This document shows positions 17,479-29,408 of a DNA stretch of 64,000 nt, in pieces. The position numbers and the translations under genes are program-made. The DNA is from Gammaproteobacteria bacterium (GTDB lineage: Bacteria; Pseudomonadota; Gammaproteobacteria; Eutrophobiales; Eutrophobiaceae): positions 359,234-423,233 of the forward strand of contig WLWS01000002.1 of NCBI GenBank assembly GCA_012103475.1. The letters run 5' to 3'. The notes below the pieces were generated by a model. It did not search any database, was not told the DNA's origin, and worked only from the letters and a program-made list of their open reading frames with translations. Position 1 is the first letter of the stretch. The number at the start of each line of letters is the position of its first letter.

Positions 17479-20400
17479 ATGCGTTTGCGCAATATTAAAC
17501 TTTCAGGCTTCAAATCTTTCGTCGATCCTACCACTCTTTCTGTCCCTGATAGTCTGACTGGTATTGTCGGTCCGAACGGTTGTGGCAAGTCAAATATCAT
17601 CGACGCCGTTACCTGGGTAATGGGTGAGTCATCGGCAAAACATCTTCGAGGAGATTCCCTCACAGACGTAATTTTTAACGGATCAGGTGCTCGTCAACCA
17701 GTGGGACAGGCCTCAGTTGAACTAACCTTTGAGAATGCTGAAGGTAAATTGGGTGGTCAATACGCCAGTTACAGTGAGATTTCCATCAAGCGAACTATGA
17801 ATCGCGAAGGTATATCCAATTACTACCTAAACAACAGCCGTTGTCGCAGAAAAGACATTACCGGAATTTTTCTGGGTACCGGTATCGGTCCGCGTAGTTA
17901 CGCAATTATAGAGCAGGGGATGATTTCCAGACTGATCGATGCCAAACCTGAAGAATTACGCATCTTTATAGAAGAGGCGGCCGGGATATCGAAATATCGC
18001 GAAAGGCGACGTGAAACTGAAAACAGAATAAGACATACCAGAGACAATATAGATCGTTTAACGGATATTCGCGAAGAACTGGGTAAACAATTAGAACGGC
18101 TGAAACGACAGGCCAAAGCCGCAGAACGTTATCAGGTCCTGAAACAGGAAGAACGGCAGTTAAAGGCGGAATTGCTGGTGCTAAGCTGGCAAGAACTGAA
18201 AAAACAAATCAGCGAAAAAGAAGAAGTAACACGCGAGAAGGAAACCAAGGTTGAGGAAGGTATAGCACGCTTACGAGCAGTTGAAGCAGAGATTGAAAAA
18301 CAACGTGATGAACTGACAAATTCGAATGAGGCCTTCAATAAGGCGCAATCTGCTTTTTACGAGGTTGGCAGTGATATTTCCCAACTGGAACAAAGAATTC
18401 AACATACTCAGGAACGGATTCAGGCGCTGAGTGCTGACATAGAACAGGTTGCCGAGGCTGAGCAATCTGTGAAAGTACAACAGAAAAATGACGATGAAGA
18501 GTTAAATAAGCTTAAACAAATGCTGGTTCAACTGGAACCGAAACTTCACGGTTCCAGAACAGACAGTGATCAGGCATACGATTCTCTGAATCAGGCAGAG
18601 CAAGCCATGCAGAGCTGGCAGACTGAGTGGGATGCCTACAATGAAGCCTTGTCTGAATTCAACAGACAGATTGAAGTTGATACCACTCGACTTGAACATC
18701 TCCAATCCGGAGTGGCCAGCGATGAGCAGCGCAGACTGGATTTGGACAAAGAACTTGAAGATGCCAGTACACATGCTTATCAGGAGAAAGCCACAGAATT
18801 ACTACAACGGCTCAATGAAAGCGAAGAAAAAATACGAAACGCCCGTGCAGAGACTGAACGTAATCAGCAAAAGGTTAAGCGTTGTCGTGAAGATGCTCAT
18901 AAAACCGGTGAACGATTGGCCGGGATACGTTCTGAGCAGCAAAAACTAACAGGCCAGATTAGCTCTCTGGAAGCTTTGCAGGAGGCTGATAGCAGAGGTC
19001 AGGAGCAAACTCTGGAGTGGCTTAATGCGCGAGGGTTGGCTAATGCACCGAGATTAATACAACAATTGAATGTAGAGCCGGAATGGACTTTCGCGCTGGA
19101 GACGGTTTTGGGGCATCACCTGCAGGATATTTGCGTTGATAGTGTGGCTAATCCTGCTCAGTATTTATCCGGATTAAGTCATGATGGAATTGGGCTGGTT
19201 GGTGGAAACTACAAGCCGGCCGATAACCCACGGCCGTATACCGAACTTCTTTCAAAAGTGAATGCGAGTGTCAGCCTGTGTGGATTGCTAAGGGGCATAT
19301 ATATAGCCAGCGATCATGAACAGGCAATTGAAATGCGCGATGATTTGCTGGCGCACGAGTCGGTAATTACACAAGATGGTGTCTGGTTAGGACCGGACTG
19401 GTTACGCCTGAGTCGGGAAAAAGAAGGGCAGAGCGGTGCCTTGTCAAGAGAACAGCAATTGCAGGAATTGAAATCTAAAGAACTCGCTGCACTTGAAAAA
19501 CTCGATCAATTACAAATTGAAGAACAACAATCCAAGCAGGATCTAGAACAAGCTGAGCAGCAATTGGATCGTGTTCAGAAACTTGTAAACGACGAACAGC
19601 AGAACTTGAATCAGATTCAGTCACAACATACTGAATACAAGACACGACACGAGCAAGTAAGTTTGAGAGTGTTGAAAATACGCGAGGAACTTGATGAACT
19701 TGACCTCAATAGTGGCGACGACCAGCATGAGCTGGAAAGCCTGCGACATAATATCTCCAGAACGCAGCAGGATAAGCAGGGTCTTGACCAACAAGGGCCT
19801 CGATTAATTGAGAATAGAGAAAAGCATCGGCAGGCGCTTGAGAACGCGCGTGGGCGTTGGCAGTCTACGCACGAGCAAAGCTCTGAAATTGCCTTACAGC
19901 TTGAATCAATCAGTTCTCAGCGAGCCTCGCTTGAGCAGGCGATAAAACGAAGCGAGATACAACTTTCCAACCATGTCAGTCGTCGAAATGAACTGGAGAA
20001 CCTGCTGACGAGCAGCAAGGCTCCACTTGTATCACTTCAAAGTGATCTGGAAAAGAGACTCGAGGAAAAAATTCGAGCTGAGAAAAATTTAGCTGAGATG
20101 CGAACACAGGTGCAAAGTAAAGAAACTTTGCTCAGAGAAAAGGAACAGCAACGAAGTGAACTTGAACTAAAAGTGCAGGAGCTCAGAGATGAGTTAGCTA
20201 ATGCGAAAATGAACGCGCAGGAGACAAAAGTACGTTTACAAACTGTCGCTGAACAATTGCAGGAACAGGGACATGAAATTGAAGAAATGCTCAAACAGCT
20301 TGATGACGAGGCTGAGAAAGTTGGCTGGCAGGAGCGATTAGAGGCCGTAGAGCGTAAAATTAATCGACTTGGACCTATTAACCTTGCAGCTATTGATGAA

Positions 20401-20985
20401 TTTGAACAGCTTTCAGAGCGCAAGGAATATCTGGATAAACAGGATGAGGATCTGGCAGAGGCTCTGCAGACTCTGGAAACAGCAATTAAGAAAATTGACA
20501 AGGAAACCAGAACTCGCTTCAAGGAAACCTTCGACTTTTTGAACACAAACCTGAAAGAAATGTTTCCGGTACTATTTGGCGGAGGCCATGCTTATCTGGA
20601 AATGACAGGCGATGATCTCCTGGAAACCGGAGTAAGCATTATGGCCAGACCTCCGGGTAAACGAAACAGCACAATACATCTGCTGTCAGGCGGAGAAAAG
20701 GCCCTTACCGCAGTCGCACTCGTATTTGCCATTTTTAAATTGAATCCGGCTCCATTTTGTATTCTTGATGAGGTCGATGCGCCCCTGGATGACACCAATA
20801 CAGCCAGATTCAGTGAACTATTGAAGCAAATGTCTTCGGAAGTTCAATTCATTTTTATCACTCACAACAAAATCACTATGGAAATCGCCAGACAGTTACT
20901 TGGCGTGACCATGTATGAACCCGGTGTATCCAGACTAGTTTCAGTTAATGTCGATGAAGCTGTTGAAATGGCAGCCTCTGCCTGA
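17479..20985 (+). CDS. smc: chromosome segregation protein SMC
   Basis: 1168 aa with Walker A GPNGCGKSN, long coiled coils, a hinge and a C-terminal LSGGEK signature. The smc-zipA-ligA order is conserved. Confidence 0.95.
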   Translation: MRLRNIKLSGFKSFVDPTTLSVPDSLTGIVGPNGCGKSNIIDAVTWVMGESSAKHLRGDSLTDVIFNGSGARQPVGQASVELTFENAEGKLGGQYASYSEISIKRTMNREGISNYYLNNSRCRRKDITGIFLGTGIGPRSYAIIEQGMISRLIDAKPEELRIFIEEAAGISKYRERRRETENRIRHTRDNIDRLTDIREELGKQLERLKRQAKAAERYQVLKQEERQLKAELLVLSWQELKKQISEKEEVTREKETKVEEGIARLRAVEAEIEKQRDELTNSNEAFNKAQSAFYEVGSDISQLEQRIQHTQERIQALSADIEQVAEAEQSVKVQQKNDDEELNKLKQMLVQLEPKLHGSRTDSDQAYDSLNQAEQAMQSWQTEWDAYNEALSEFNRQIEVDTTRLEHLQSGVASDEQRRLDLDKELEDASTHAYQEKATELLQRLNESEEKIRNARAETERNQQKVKRCREDAHKTGERLAGIRSEQQKLTGQISSLEALQEADSRGQEQTLEWLNARGLANAPRLIQQLNVEPEWTFALETVLGHHLQDICVDSVANPAQYLSGLSHDGIGLVGGNYKPADNPRPYTELLSKVNASVSLCGLLRGIYIASDHEQAIEMRDDLLAHESVITQDGVWLGPDWLRLSREKEGQSGALSREQQLQELKSKELAALEKLDQLQIEEQQSKQDLEQAEQQLDRVQKLVNDEQQNLNQIQSQHTEYKTRHEQVSLRVLKIREELDELDLNSGDDQHELESLRHNISRTQQDKQGLDQQGPRLIENREKHRQALENARGRWQSTHEQSSEIALQLESISSQRASLEQAIKRSEIQLSNHVSRRNELENLLTSSKAPLVSLQSDLEKRLEEKIRAEKNLAEMRTQVQSKETLLREKEQQRSELELKVQELRDELANAKMNAQETKVRLQTVAEQLQEQGHEIEEMLKQLDDEAEKVGWQERLEAVERKINRLGPINLAAIDEFEQLSERKEYLDKQDEDLAEALQTLETAIKKIDKETRTRFKETFDFLNTNLKEMFPVLFGGGHAYLEMTGDDLLETGVSIMARPPGKRNSTIHLLSGGEKALTAVALVFAIFKLNPAPFCILDEVDAPLDDTNTARFSELLKQMSSEVQFIFITHNKITMEIARQLLGVTMYEPGVSRLVSVNVDEAVEMAASA

Positions 20986-21064
20986 CCTCTTTACCAAAAT
21001 TCGTAATTCAGCATCGAGGCATGCCAGATGGTGGTCATATGCCCGGGTTACTAGTACCTAAGCA

Positions 21065-21853
21065 ATGAGCGAATTGCGATTATTACTATTATTTCTCGGT
21101 GTTTGCTTAATCGCCGGGATCTATTTCTGGAGTGTTATGCAACAGCGTCGTGATCAACGTCAGAAAACAGTACGTGATTTCTCCGCGGCTGAGCATTCAC
21201 CGGAAGTAAAAATGAATTCTCATATCGACTCGGAAATTGACTATGATTCCGCGCTCGCAGGCCTTAGTCGTTCAATGACTGCTGATTCGGAGATGGAAAT
21301 AAATAATTTGCCCCTGCAAGACGGAGATGCTGATTCGAGTGTCAATTCTGTTTCTTTAGATTCAGCTTCGACGAACTCAATACCTGCAAGTAATCCCCTC
21401 GATAACACTACCTATGATGAGCAGAGCTCAACAATTCCCGTTGATAAAATAAAAAAAATAATCACTTTCAATATTATTCCACGTGCCCGAGAGTTTTTTC
21501 ATGGTCCGGAAATAGTAGAAGCTATGGAAAATGTCGACATGCATCTTGGAGACATGGAGATATATCATCACTTCGGTGTTGGTGACATGAAAATGAACAG
21601 ACCTTTGTTCAGTCTGGCAAATATTATGGAACCGGGGAGTTTCAAGATTGAAGAGCTAAACGAGTTAAATACACCTGGTCTGGTAATGTTTATGTGTCTA
21701 CCGACTGTTTTCGACTCTCAGGTGGTATTTGAATTAATGTTAAATACTGCGCAAAGGCTGGCGGAACAATTGGCTGCCGATGTCTGCGATGAAAAACGTG
21801 CCTTATTAAGTGAGCAAACAATCGACACAATTCGAACTTCTGTTCTCTCGTGA
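21065..21853 (+). CDS. zipA: cell division protein ZipA
   Basis: N-terminal transmembrane helix, a low-complexity linker and a conserved C-terminal FtsZ-binding domain (GDMEIYHH, FSLANIMEPG). Confidence 0.85.
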   Translation: MSELRLLLLFLGVCLIAGIYFWSVMQQRRDQRQKTVRDFSAAEHSPEVKMNSHIDSEIDYDSALAGLSRSMTADSEMEINNLPLQDGDADSSVNSVSLDSASTNSIPASNPLDNTTYDEQSSTIPVDKIKKIITFNIIPRAREFFHGPEIVEAMENVDMHLGDMEIYHHFGVGDMKMNRPLFSLANIMEPGSFKIEELNELNTPGLVMFMCLPTVFDSQVVFELMLNTAQRLAEQLAADVCDEKRALLSEQTIDTIRTSVLS

Positions 21854-21861
21854 TTGCCTGA

Positions 21862-23901
<2,040 letters not shown>

Positions 23902-23916
23902 AATATATTCGGCTTC

Positions 23917-24879
23917 TTATGGAATGGGTGTCACAGGCGTGCCGAAAACCACACGGTTTCTGCCTTCCTGTTTCGCTTTGTAAAGTGCTTTATCACACCG
24001 CGAAAGTAAACTGTCAATATCGTCATCCGCACTCAAGCTAGCTAGACCTTCACTGGCGGTCACGCGAATATCAAATTTATCGTATCGGAATATTATCATT
24101 TCGATGGCAGAACGTATGCGCTCAGCCACCAGTATTGACCCGGCCTGATCTGTGTTCCTCAGCAATACGATAAATTCTTCGCCCCCGTAGCGATAGATAA
24201 CATCACTACCCCTTGCAGACTCAATCATCGACTCAGCAATTCTCTTGAGTACGGCATCTCCGGCGATGTGTCCATAGGTGTCGTTTACTCGTTTGAAATT
24301 ATCTACATCGAGCATAATTATCGATAGCGGTGTGTCGTGACGCTGGGCAAGGTCAATTTCCTGTTCCAGAGCGTTATCAAGAGCCGCACGGTTATTTACT
24401 CCAGTAAGAGGGTCCCTGTATGCTTTCTCCACAGCCTGTTTATAAAGTATGGCGTTACGAAGAGGGTAGACCAGTGCCGCGATGGTATTCTCGATTTGCC
24501 GAGTTTGCTCTTCGGTAAATTTACTTCGACGAAACAGTGTCAGTTCGCCTATGTCCTTCTCCAGAAGTACCAGTCGATAGTTACATCGATGCCGTTCTTC
24601 TTCGCCAAAGCTAACACTATGATTTTCATCCTTATTTACGTAGTTCAGGCCATCGTGTGCTACGACGGAAGCGAGCTCATCGTGAAATAGTTCCAGTAAT
24701 TTGTTCAACTCCAATGTGCTTTGCAGAACGTTGGCAAGTTGTAAAGCTCTCTCGCTTACTTCTGCTGGTTCACCACCAAAATGGTAGGACTGACTGGTGT
24801 TCTGGTTTCCCGGTGCGTCTTTGATGTCTTTAATATCAGCCATTCTATAATTTGTCATCTGCATTAACCTGAGCCTCAA
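23917..24879 (-). CDS. GGDEF-domain diguanylate cyclase with an uncharacterised N-terminal sensor domain
   Basis: GGEEF active site (RYGGEEF) and an RxxD I-site. The N-terminal roughly 150 aa have no recognised motif. The true start may be an internal Met. Confidence 0.75.
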   Translation of the reverse strand: MRLRLMQMTNYRMADIKDIKDAPGNQNTSQSYHFGGEPAEVSERALQLANVLQSTLELNKLLELFHDELASVVAHDGLNYVNKDENHSVSFGEEERHRCNYRLVLLEKDIGELTLFRRSKFTEEQTRQIENTIAALVYPLRNAILYKQAVEKAYRDPLTGVNNRAALDNALEQEIDLAQRHDTPLSIIMLDVDNFKRVNDTYGHIAGDAVLKRIAESMIESARGSDVIYRYGGEEFIVLLRNTDQAGSILVAERIRSAIEMIIFRYDKFDIRVTASEGLASLSADDDIDSLLSRCDKALYKAKQEGRNRVVFGTPVTPIP

Positions 24880-25270
24880 TTCTCAACTGTATAAACAGAA
24901 GCAATTTGAGTGCCAGAACCAGTGGGATCCATTATCCAGGAACGCCCACGGTGTGTTAATACTGAAGAATATAACGCTATCCATGGAAGCTACAAAACCC
25001 CTTAGTCGACTGAATAGCATCGATTTCTCAGTACATTATGATGTTGGTCAGCAAACTCTATTTAAGATACCATAGCCGCGCTCTGGCGTAAGCCATTGAA
25101 ATTTAAAATCAATGCCGAAAGAGTGTCATGACAGAGATCATTGCTCTGCACATGAGGTGATTATAAGTTATTGTATTTCAAAAGAATATTGACATTATTT
25201 TTGACACTGACCACTTGCCCGACCGGTCAGTTAGCTGCTTGATAACGGAGCTTTTGATAGAAGACATCAT
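24880..25270 (+). promoter_or_regulatory. rpoE upstream promoter region (expected sigma-70 and sigma-E autoregulated promoters)
   Basis: 390-nt non-coding region between divergently transcribed genes. It contains TTGACA-like and GGAAC...CTGA-like elements. Exact promoters were not mapped. Confidence 0.35.
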
Positions 25271-25849
25271 ATGGGTAGTAATGACGCGGACAAATTGCTG
25301 ATTGAGCGTGTAAAACAGGGCGATAAAAAAGCCTTCGACGCGCTGGTTGTTAAGTATCAGCAGAGAGTAATTAATCTGGTATCTCGATTCGTCAGGAGTC
25401 ATGCAGATGCTCTTGATGTCACACAAGATGCATTTCTGAAAGCCTATAGAGCCCTGCCAAATTTCCGTGGTGACAGTGCCTTCTACACCTGGTTGTACAG
25501 AATTGCCGTCAATACGGCAAAGAATTACCTCGCCATGCAATCGCGTCGTTCCGGTGAATTGGATCAAGATATAGCAGAAATTGAACAAATTGAGGCAAAC
25601 GATGCTCTAAGGGATAAGGCAACACCCGAGAGGCTGTTGCTGCGGGACGAAATACAGGCGACAGTGATTGCTGCTATTGAGGCACTGCCAGAAGATTTGC
25701 GCACGGCTATAATGCTTCGTGAAGTGGATGGAATGAGCTATGAAGACATTGCCGGTGTCATGGAATGTCCGATCGGTACAGTCAGATCCCGAATATTCAG
25801 GGCCCGGGAAGCCGTAGATAAACAATTGAAACCATTACTGGATGAGTGA
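25271..25849 (+). CDS. rpoE: ECF sigma factor RpoE (sigma-24/AlgU)
   Basis: Strong similarity to RpoE regions 2 and 4. Followed by rseA and rseB. Confidence 0.95.
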   Translation: MGSNDADKLLIERVKQGDKKAFDALVVKYQQRVINLVSRFVRSHADALDVTQDAFLKAYRALPNFRGDSAFYTWLYRIAVNTAKNYLAMQSRRSGELDQDIAEIEQIEANDALRDKATPERLLLRDEIQATVIAAIEALPEDLRTAIMLREVDGMSYEDIAGVMECPIGTVRSRIFRAREAVDKQLKPLLDE

Positions 25850-25858
25850 GACAGGAAA

Positions 25859-26416
25859 ATGAATGTAGATAGAACTGAAGACGTTTCGGCAATGATTGAC
25901 GATGAGCTGGAGCAGGATGGCCAACATCTTGTTGACGATCTCTTGAATACTCCATTATTACGGGAAAGATGGCGTAGTTATCATCTCATCCGCGACAGTC
26001 TCCAGCATCAGCTGCCTGAGAAACTGGACAAAACACTGGCATCCAGTGTTGCTGCCAAAATAGATAATGAACCACATATTCTGGCACCGGTGAAGAAGAG
26101 CCAACCGGCCTATTTAAAACCTCTGGCAGGGTTGGCGATTGCGGCATCGGTAGCAGCTCTGGCGATTGTAGTGCTTCAGCCGGCTCAGGAAGGCAGTAGC
26201 GAACAGGGTATTCAAGTCGCCAGTTTCACACCAGTAGGCACGCCAGTGACATCTCAGGCCAGACAAGATGATGCGCAAATTCGTCAGGTAAGAGCTGAAG
26301 CCCGGGCTCGTCTTAATAGCTATCTTGTAAATTATAATGAGTATCAGACAAATTCCGGAATTCAGGGTATGTTGCCCTATGCCAGAACTGTAACTTACGA
26401 AAATAATCGGAAATGA
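25859..26416 (+). CDS. rseA: anti-sigma-E factor RseA/MucA
   Basis: N-terminal RseA domain (DDELE...LLxxPxLRERWxxYHLIRDSL). 185 aa. Confidence 0.85.
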   Translation: MNVDRTEDVSAMIDDELEQDGQHLVDDLLNTPLLRERWRSYHLIRDSLQHQLPEKLDKTLASSVAAKIDNEPHILAPVKKSQPAYLKPLAGLAIAASVAALAIVVLQPAQEGSSEQGIQVASFTPVGTPVTSQARQDDAQIRQVRAEARARLNSYLVNYNEYQTNSGIQGMLPYARTVTYENNRK

Positions 26417-26484
26417 GTCTGACTATGGGGTGTTGTCCTACAATTTTCCCAGGAGTCAGTATTTAATCGCCCCGGCGGAGTTTT

Positions 26485-27498
26485 ATGCGCAAATTTAGTA
26501 TGTTCAACACTGAAATTTACAGCTTGAACCTGTCTCTCAGATTGTTGACAGTCCTTCTCGTTTTCATAATATTTCCCGCTCAGGCTGACAACGAAAGCAA
26601 ACCATCGGCTCGAAGTTTGATTCGAAACATGTCAATGGCTGTTCGGCAGTTGAATTACGAGGGTGTCTTCATCCATCAGAGAGGTGGACAGATGAATACC
26701 CTGCGTCTGATTCATAAGTTTGATGAAAAAGGCGGTATAGAAAGGCTTGTTTCACTTACCGGCGCTGCCCGGGAAGTCATTCGAGATGCAGAATCTGTTC
26801 GCTGTTATTTTCCCGATGATCAGGCTGTGGTTGTCGAAAAAAGCCGGCCAAGAGAGCTGCTATCATCCCAATTGCCAAGATCGCTGGAGAAACTGGAAGC
26901 CAACTATCAATTCTCTATTGTCGCTGAAGACCGCGTTGCTGGAAGAAAAGCCTGGGTCGTCAACATCAGGCCAAATGACGCATACAGATATGGTTATCAA
27001 TTCTGGATAGATCAGATAGATCATTTGCTTCTGAAATCTGAATTGCGAAATCGAACAGGTTTATTACTCGAACAGATCATGTTCACCCAACTGGATATAC
27101 TTGATACGGTATCCGCCGAAATGTTAAAGCCGTCCATAAGCGGTGCAGGTTATACCTGGCATAATAATTCAAAGGATAAGAAGACAGATAAGAATTTCGC
27201 TTCAAAGTGGCAGGTCAGCTGGATGCCGAGTGGCTTTTCAAAAGACAATGAAGAGATGTATCCGGCCACGGAAAACAAGACACCTGTTAATCACATTGTC
27301 TACTCCGATGGACTAGCAATGGTTTCAGTTTTTATTGAAAAACTCGATTCCGACACAGAAATGACCACCGGGCTTTCCAGGCTTGGGGGTGTGAATGCTT
27401 ATGCACGTATAACCAAAGGTTATCAGGTGACCGCCGTTGGTGAAGTGCCGCAGGCTACTGTCCAGAGGATGGCTAATTCGGTATCAACCGAGCCATAG
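26485..27498 (+). CDS. rseB: sigma-E regulatory protein RseB/MucB
   Basis: Signal peptide and MucB/RseB family. 337 aa. Position follows rseA. Confidence 0.85.
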   Translation: MRKFSMFNTEIYSLNLSLRLLTVLLVFIIFPAQADNESKPSARSLIRNMSMAVRQLNYEGVFIHQRGGQMNTLRLIHKFDEKGGIERLVSLTGAAREVIRDAESVRCYFPDDQAVVVEKSRPRELLSSQLPRSLEKLEANYQFSIVAEDRVAGRKAWVVNIRPNDAYRYGYQFWIDQIDHLLLKSELRNRTGLLLEQIMFTQLDILDTVSAEMLKPSISGAGYTWHNNSKDKKTDKNFASKWQVSWMPSGFSKDNEEMYPATENKTPVNHIVYSDGLAMVSVFIEKLDSDTEMTTGLSRLGGVNAYARITKGYQVTAVGEVPQATVQRMANSVSTEP

Positions 27499-27611
27499 AC
27501 TTTGATTATTTAATTATTAGAATAATTAACTTCTGCATCACAGGCGTAGCTATCAAAGTTGAATACAATCATTTCAGCATAAGTCCAATATAAAACCAAG
27601 CTCAGAACACG

Positions 27612-29042
27612 TTGAGAGTTATGAAACAAATATCAGGAAAATATCTTTTTTTAATACCACTGCTGCTGCTTTTTAACAGCAATCTGTCAGCCCGGGCCTT
27701 GCCGGACTTTTCTCTCCTGGTCGAGAAACATTCGCCTGCAGTGGTAAATATCAGCACGATAAAGAAAAACCCAGGTATTGATTCTAATTCACCGGCGATG
27801 CCCGAGATACCTGAAGACAGTCCATTCTATGATTTCTTCAATAAGTACTTTGAACAGACGCCCCGAGGTGGCCAGCCCTTTACCGAACGCTCATCGCTCG
27901 GATCCGGTTTCATTATTTCTAAAGATGGTTATGTCATAACAAACAATCATGTAGTGGAAAATGCGGATGAAATTATAGTTGGTCTGAAAGACAGACGGGA
28001 ACTGGTCGCCACATTGGTAGGTACTGACAAACGCAGTGATATCGCAGTCCTGAAAATAACAGGTGAAGACTTTCCAACTCTGGAACTGGGCGATTCCGAT
28101 AAAATGAAAGTTGGTGAATGGGTGTTGGCAATAGGCTCACCTTTTGGTTTCAATCATTCCGTAACGGCAGGAATTGTCAGTGCAATGGGCAGGGCTTTGC
28201 CGAACGAAAACTACACGCCCTTCATTCAAACGGATGTAGCAATTAATCCTGGAAATTCTGGCGGCCCTCTATTTAATCTCGAAGGAGAAGTGATAGGAGT
28301 TAATTCTCAAATTTACAGTCGCACAGGCGGGTTTATGGGCTTGTCTTTCGCCGTGCCCATTGATGTCGTTTTAAATGTTTACAATCAAATCCGTGAGCAA
28401 GGACATGTCTCAAGGGGATGGCTGGGAGTGTTAATACAGGAAGTGACACGAGAGCTGGCTGAGTCATTTGCCATGGAAAAGCCGCAGGGGGCGTTGGTGG
28501 TAAAAGTGTTACCTGATAGTCCTGCGGAGAAAAGCGGTTTTGAAGTTGGCGATGTCGTCGTCAAATTTGATAATAAGGAGATTGGGTTTCGTTCGGATTT
28601 ACCACCGATCGTCGGTAATAGCTTAATTGGCAGCAAAGTTGCTGTGCAGATAATCCGTAGAGGCAAAAAACGTACTCTCAAAGTTGAAATAGAAAAATTA
28701 CCGGGTGAGGAAGAACTTAAGGTTGCCGCTGCCAGTAATATTATGGAGCAGGCAGGTAACAGACTTAATATAACTCTTAAGGATCTCTCAGCCAGTCAGC
28801 GTAAAAAGCTGGAGTTAACTGATTATGGTGTTCTGGTGGAAAAAGTAGGTGAAGGTCCTGCCAGAGAGGCTGGAATTCGTGCTGGTGATGTCATATTGCT
28901 GCTGAATAATCAAAAGCTGATTGAATCCACGCAGTTGAGTACAATATTGAGTGACTTGCCAGTCAATAAGTCGATTCCTGTTCTCATACAGCGACGCGGT
29001 AATCCGGTTTTCCTTGCATTAAAAATGACCGATGATTCGTGA
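27612..29042 (+). CDS. degP: periplasmic serine endoprotease DegP/DegQ/MucD (HtrA family)
   Basis: Signal peptide, a trypsin-like domain with GNSGGPL, and two PDZ domains. 476 aa. Confidence 0.9.
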   Translation: MRVMKQISGKYLFLIPLLLLFNSNLSARALPDFSLLVEKHSPAVVNISTIKKNPGIDSNSPAMPEIPEDSPFYDFFNKYFEQTPRGGQPFTERSSLGSGFIISKDGYVITNNHVVENADEIIVGLKDRRELVATLVGTDKRSDIAVLKITGEDFPTLELGDSDKMKVGEWVLAIGSPFGFNHSVTAGIVSAMGRALPNENYTPFIQTDVAINPGNSGGPLFNLEGEVIGVNSQIYSRTGGFMGLSFAVPIDVVLNVYNQIREQGHVSRGWLGVLIQEVTRELAESFAMEKPQGALVVKVLPDSPAEKSGFEVGDVVVKFDNKEIGFRSDLPPIVGNSLIGSKVAVQIIRRGKKRTLKVEIEKLPGEEELKVAAASNIMEQAGNRLNITLKDLSASQRKKLELTDYGVLVEKVGEGPAREAGIRAGDVILLLNNQKLIESTQLSTILSDLPVNKSIPVLIQRRGNPVFLALKMTDDS

Positions 29043-29287
29043 CAATTGAATTATTTTTGTATTCTCAACAAGATTGTCAATTGTGTGATGAATTTAAAAA
29101 GACAATCGAACCGTTCCTGACAGAAAAAAACGTAATTCTACATGACATTGATATAGGCAATGACCTTGAGCTCAAACAGCGTTATGCAGCCCGTATTCCG
29201 GTACTTGTATGCGGAAATACTGAAATATGTGAAGTGAGAGTTGATCAGCAAGCCCTGCAGTCCTTCCTGTCTTCACACTCTGATTGA
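29039..29287 (+). CDS. glutaredoxin-like (thioredoxin-fold, DUF836) protein
   Basis: CQLC redox motif near the N-terminus. 82 aa. GTG start overlaps the degP stop. Confidence 0.6.
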   Translation: MTIELFLYSQQDCQLCDEFKKTIEPFLTEKNVILHDIDIGNDLELKQRYAARIPVLVCGNTEICEVRVDQQALQSFLSSHSD

Positions 29288-29408
29288 GCCAATAGTTCAC
29301 GAAAAAGCTATTATCTGTTTATCTTTCTCCCCGATATAAGCTAGAATCGCCGCGCTTTGCAGCACTTTGAACGTTTCCCTGACTAACTAAGGTAACTTAT
29401 TGCTACGT

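Noticed and set aside
20037-20546. 169-aa Ser/Cys-rich antisense ORF inside smc
   Set aside because: Low-complexity reverse-frame reading of the coiled-coil (GAG/CAG-rich) region of smc. No start context and no plausible fold.
17479-20985. SMC protein as a possible Wadjet/Lamassu-type defence ATPase
   Set aside because: Full-length canonical SMC of 1168 aa with hinge. It sits in the conserved housekeeping smc-zipA-ligA arrangement. No JetA/B/D or LmuA-like partners are present.
25178-25588. 136-aa minus-strand ORF overlapping the rpoE start
   Set aside because: Antisense to the strongly conserved rpoE 5' region and unsupported by any motif.
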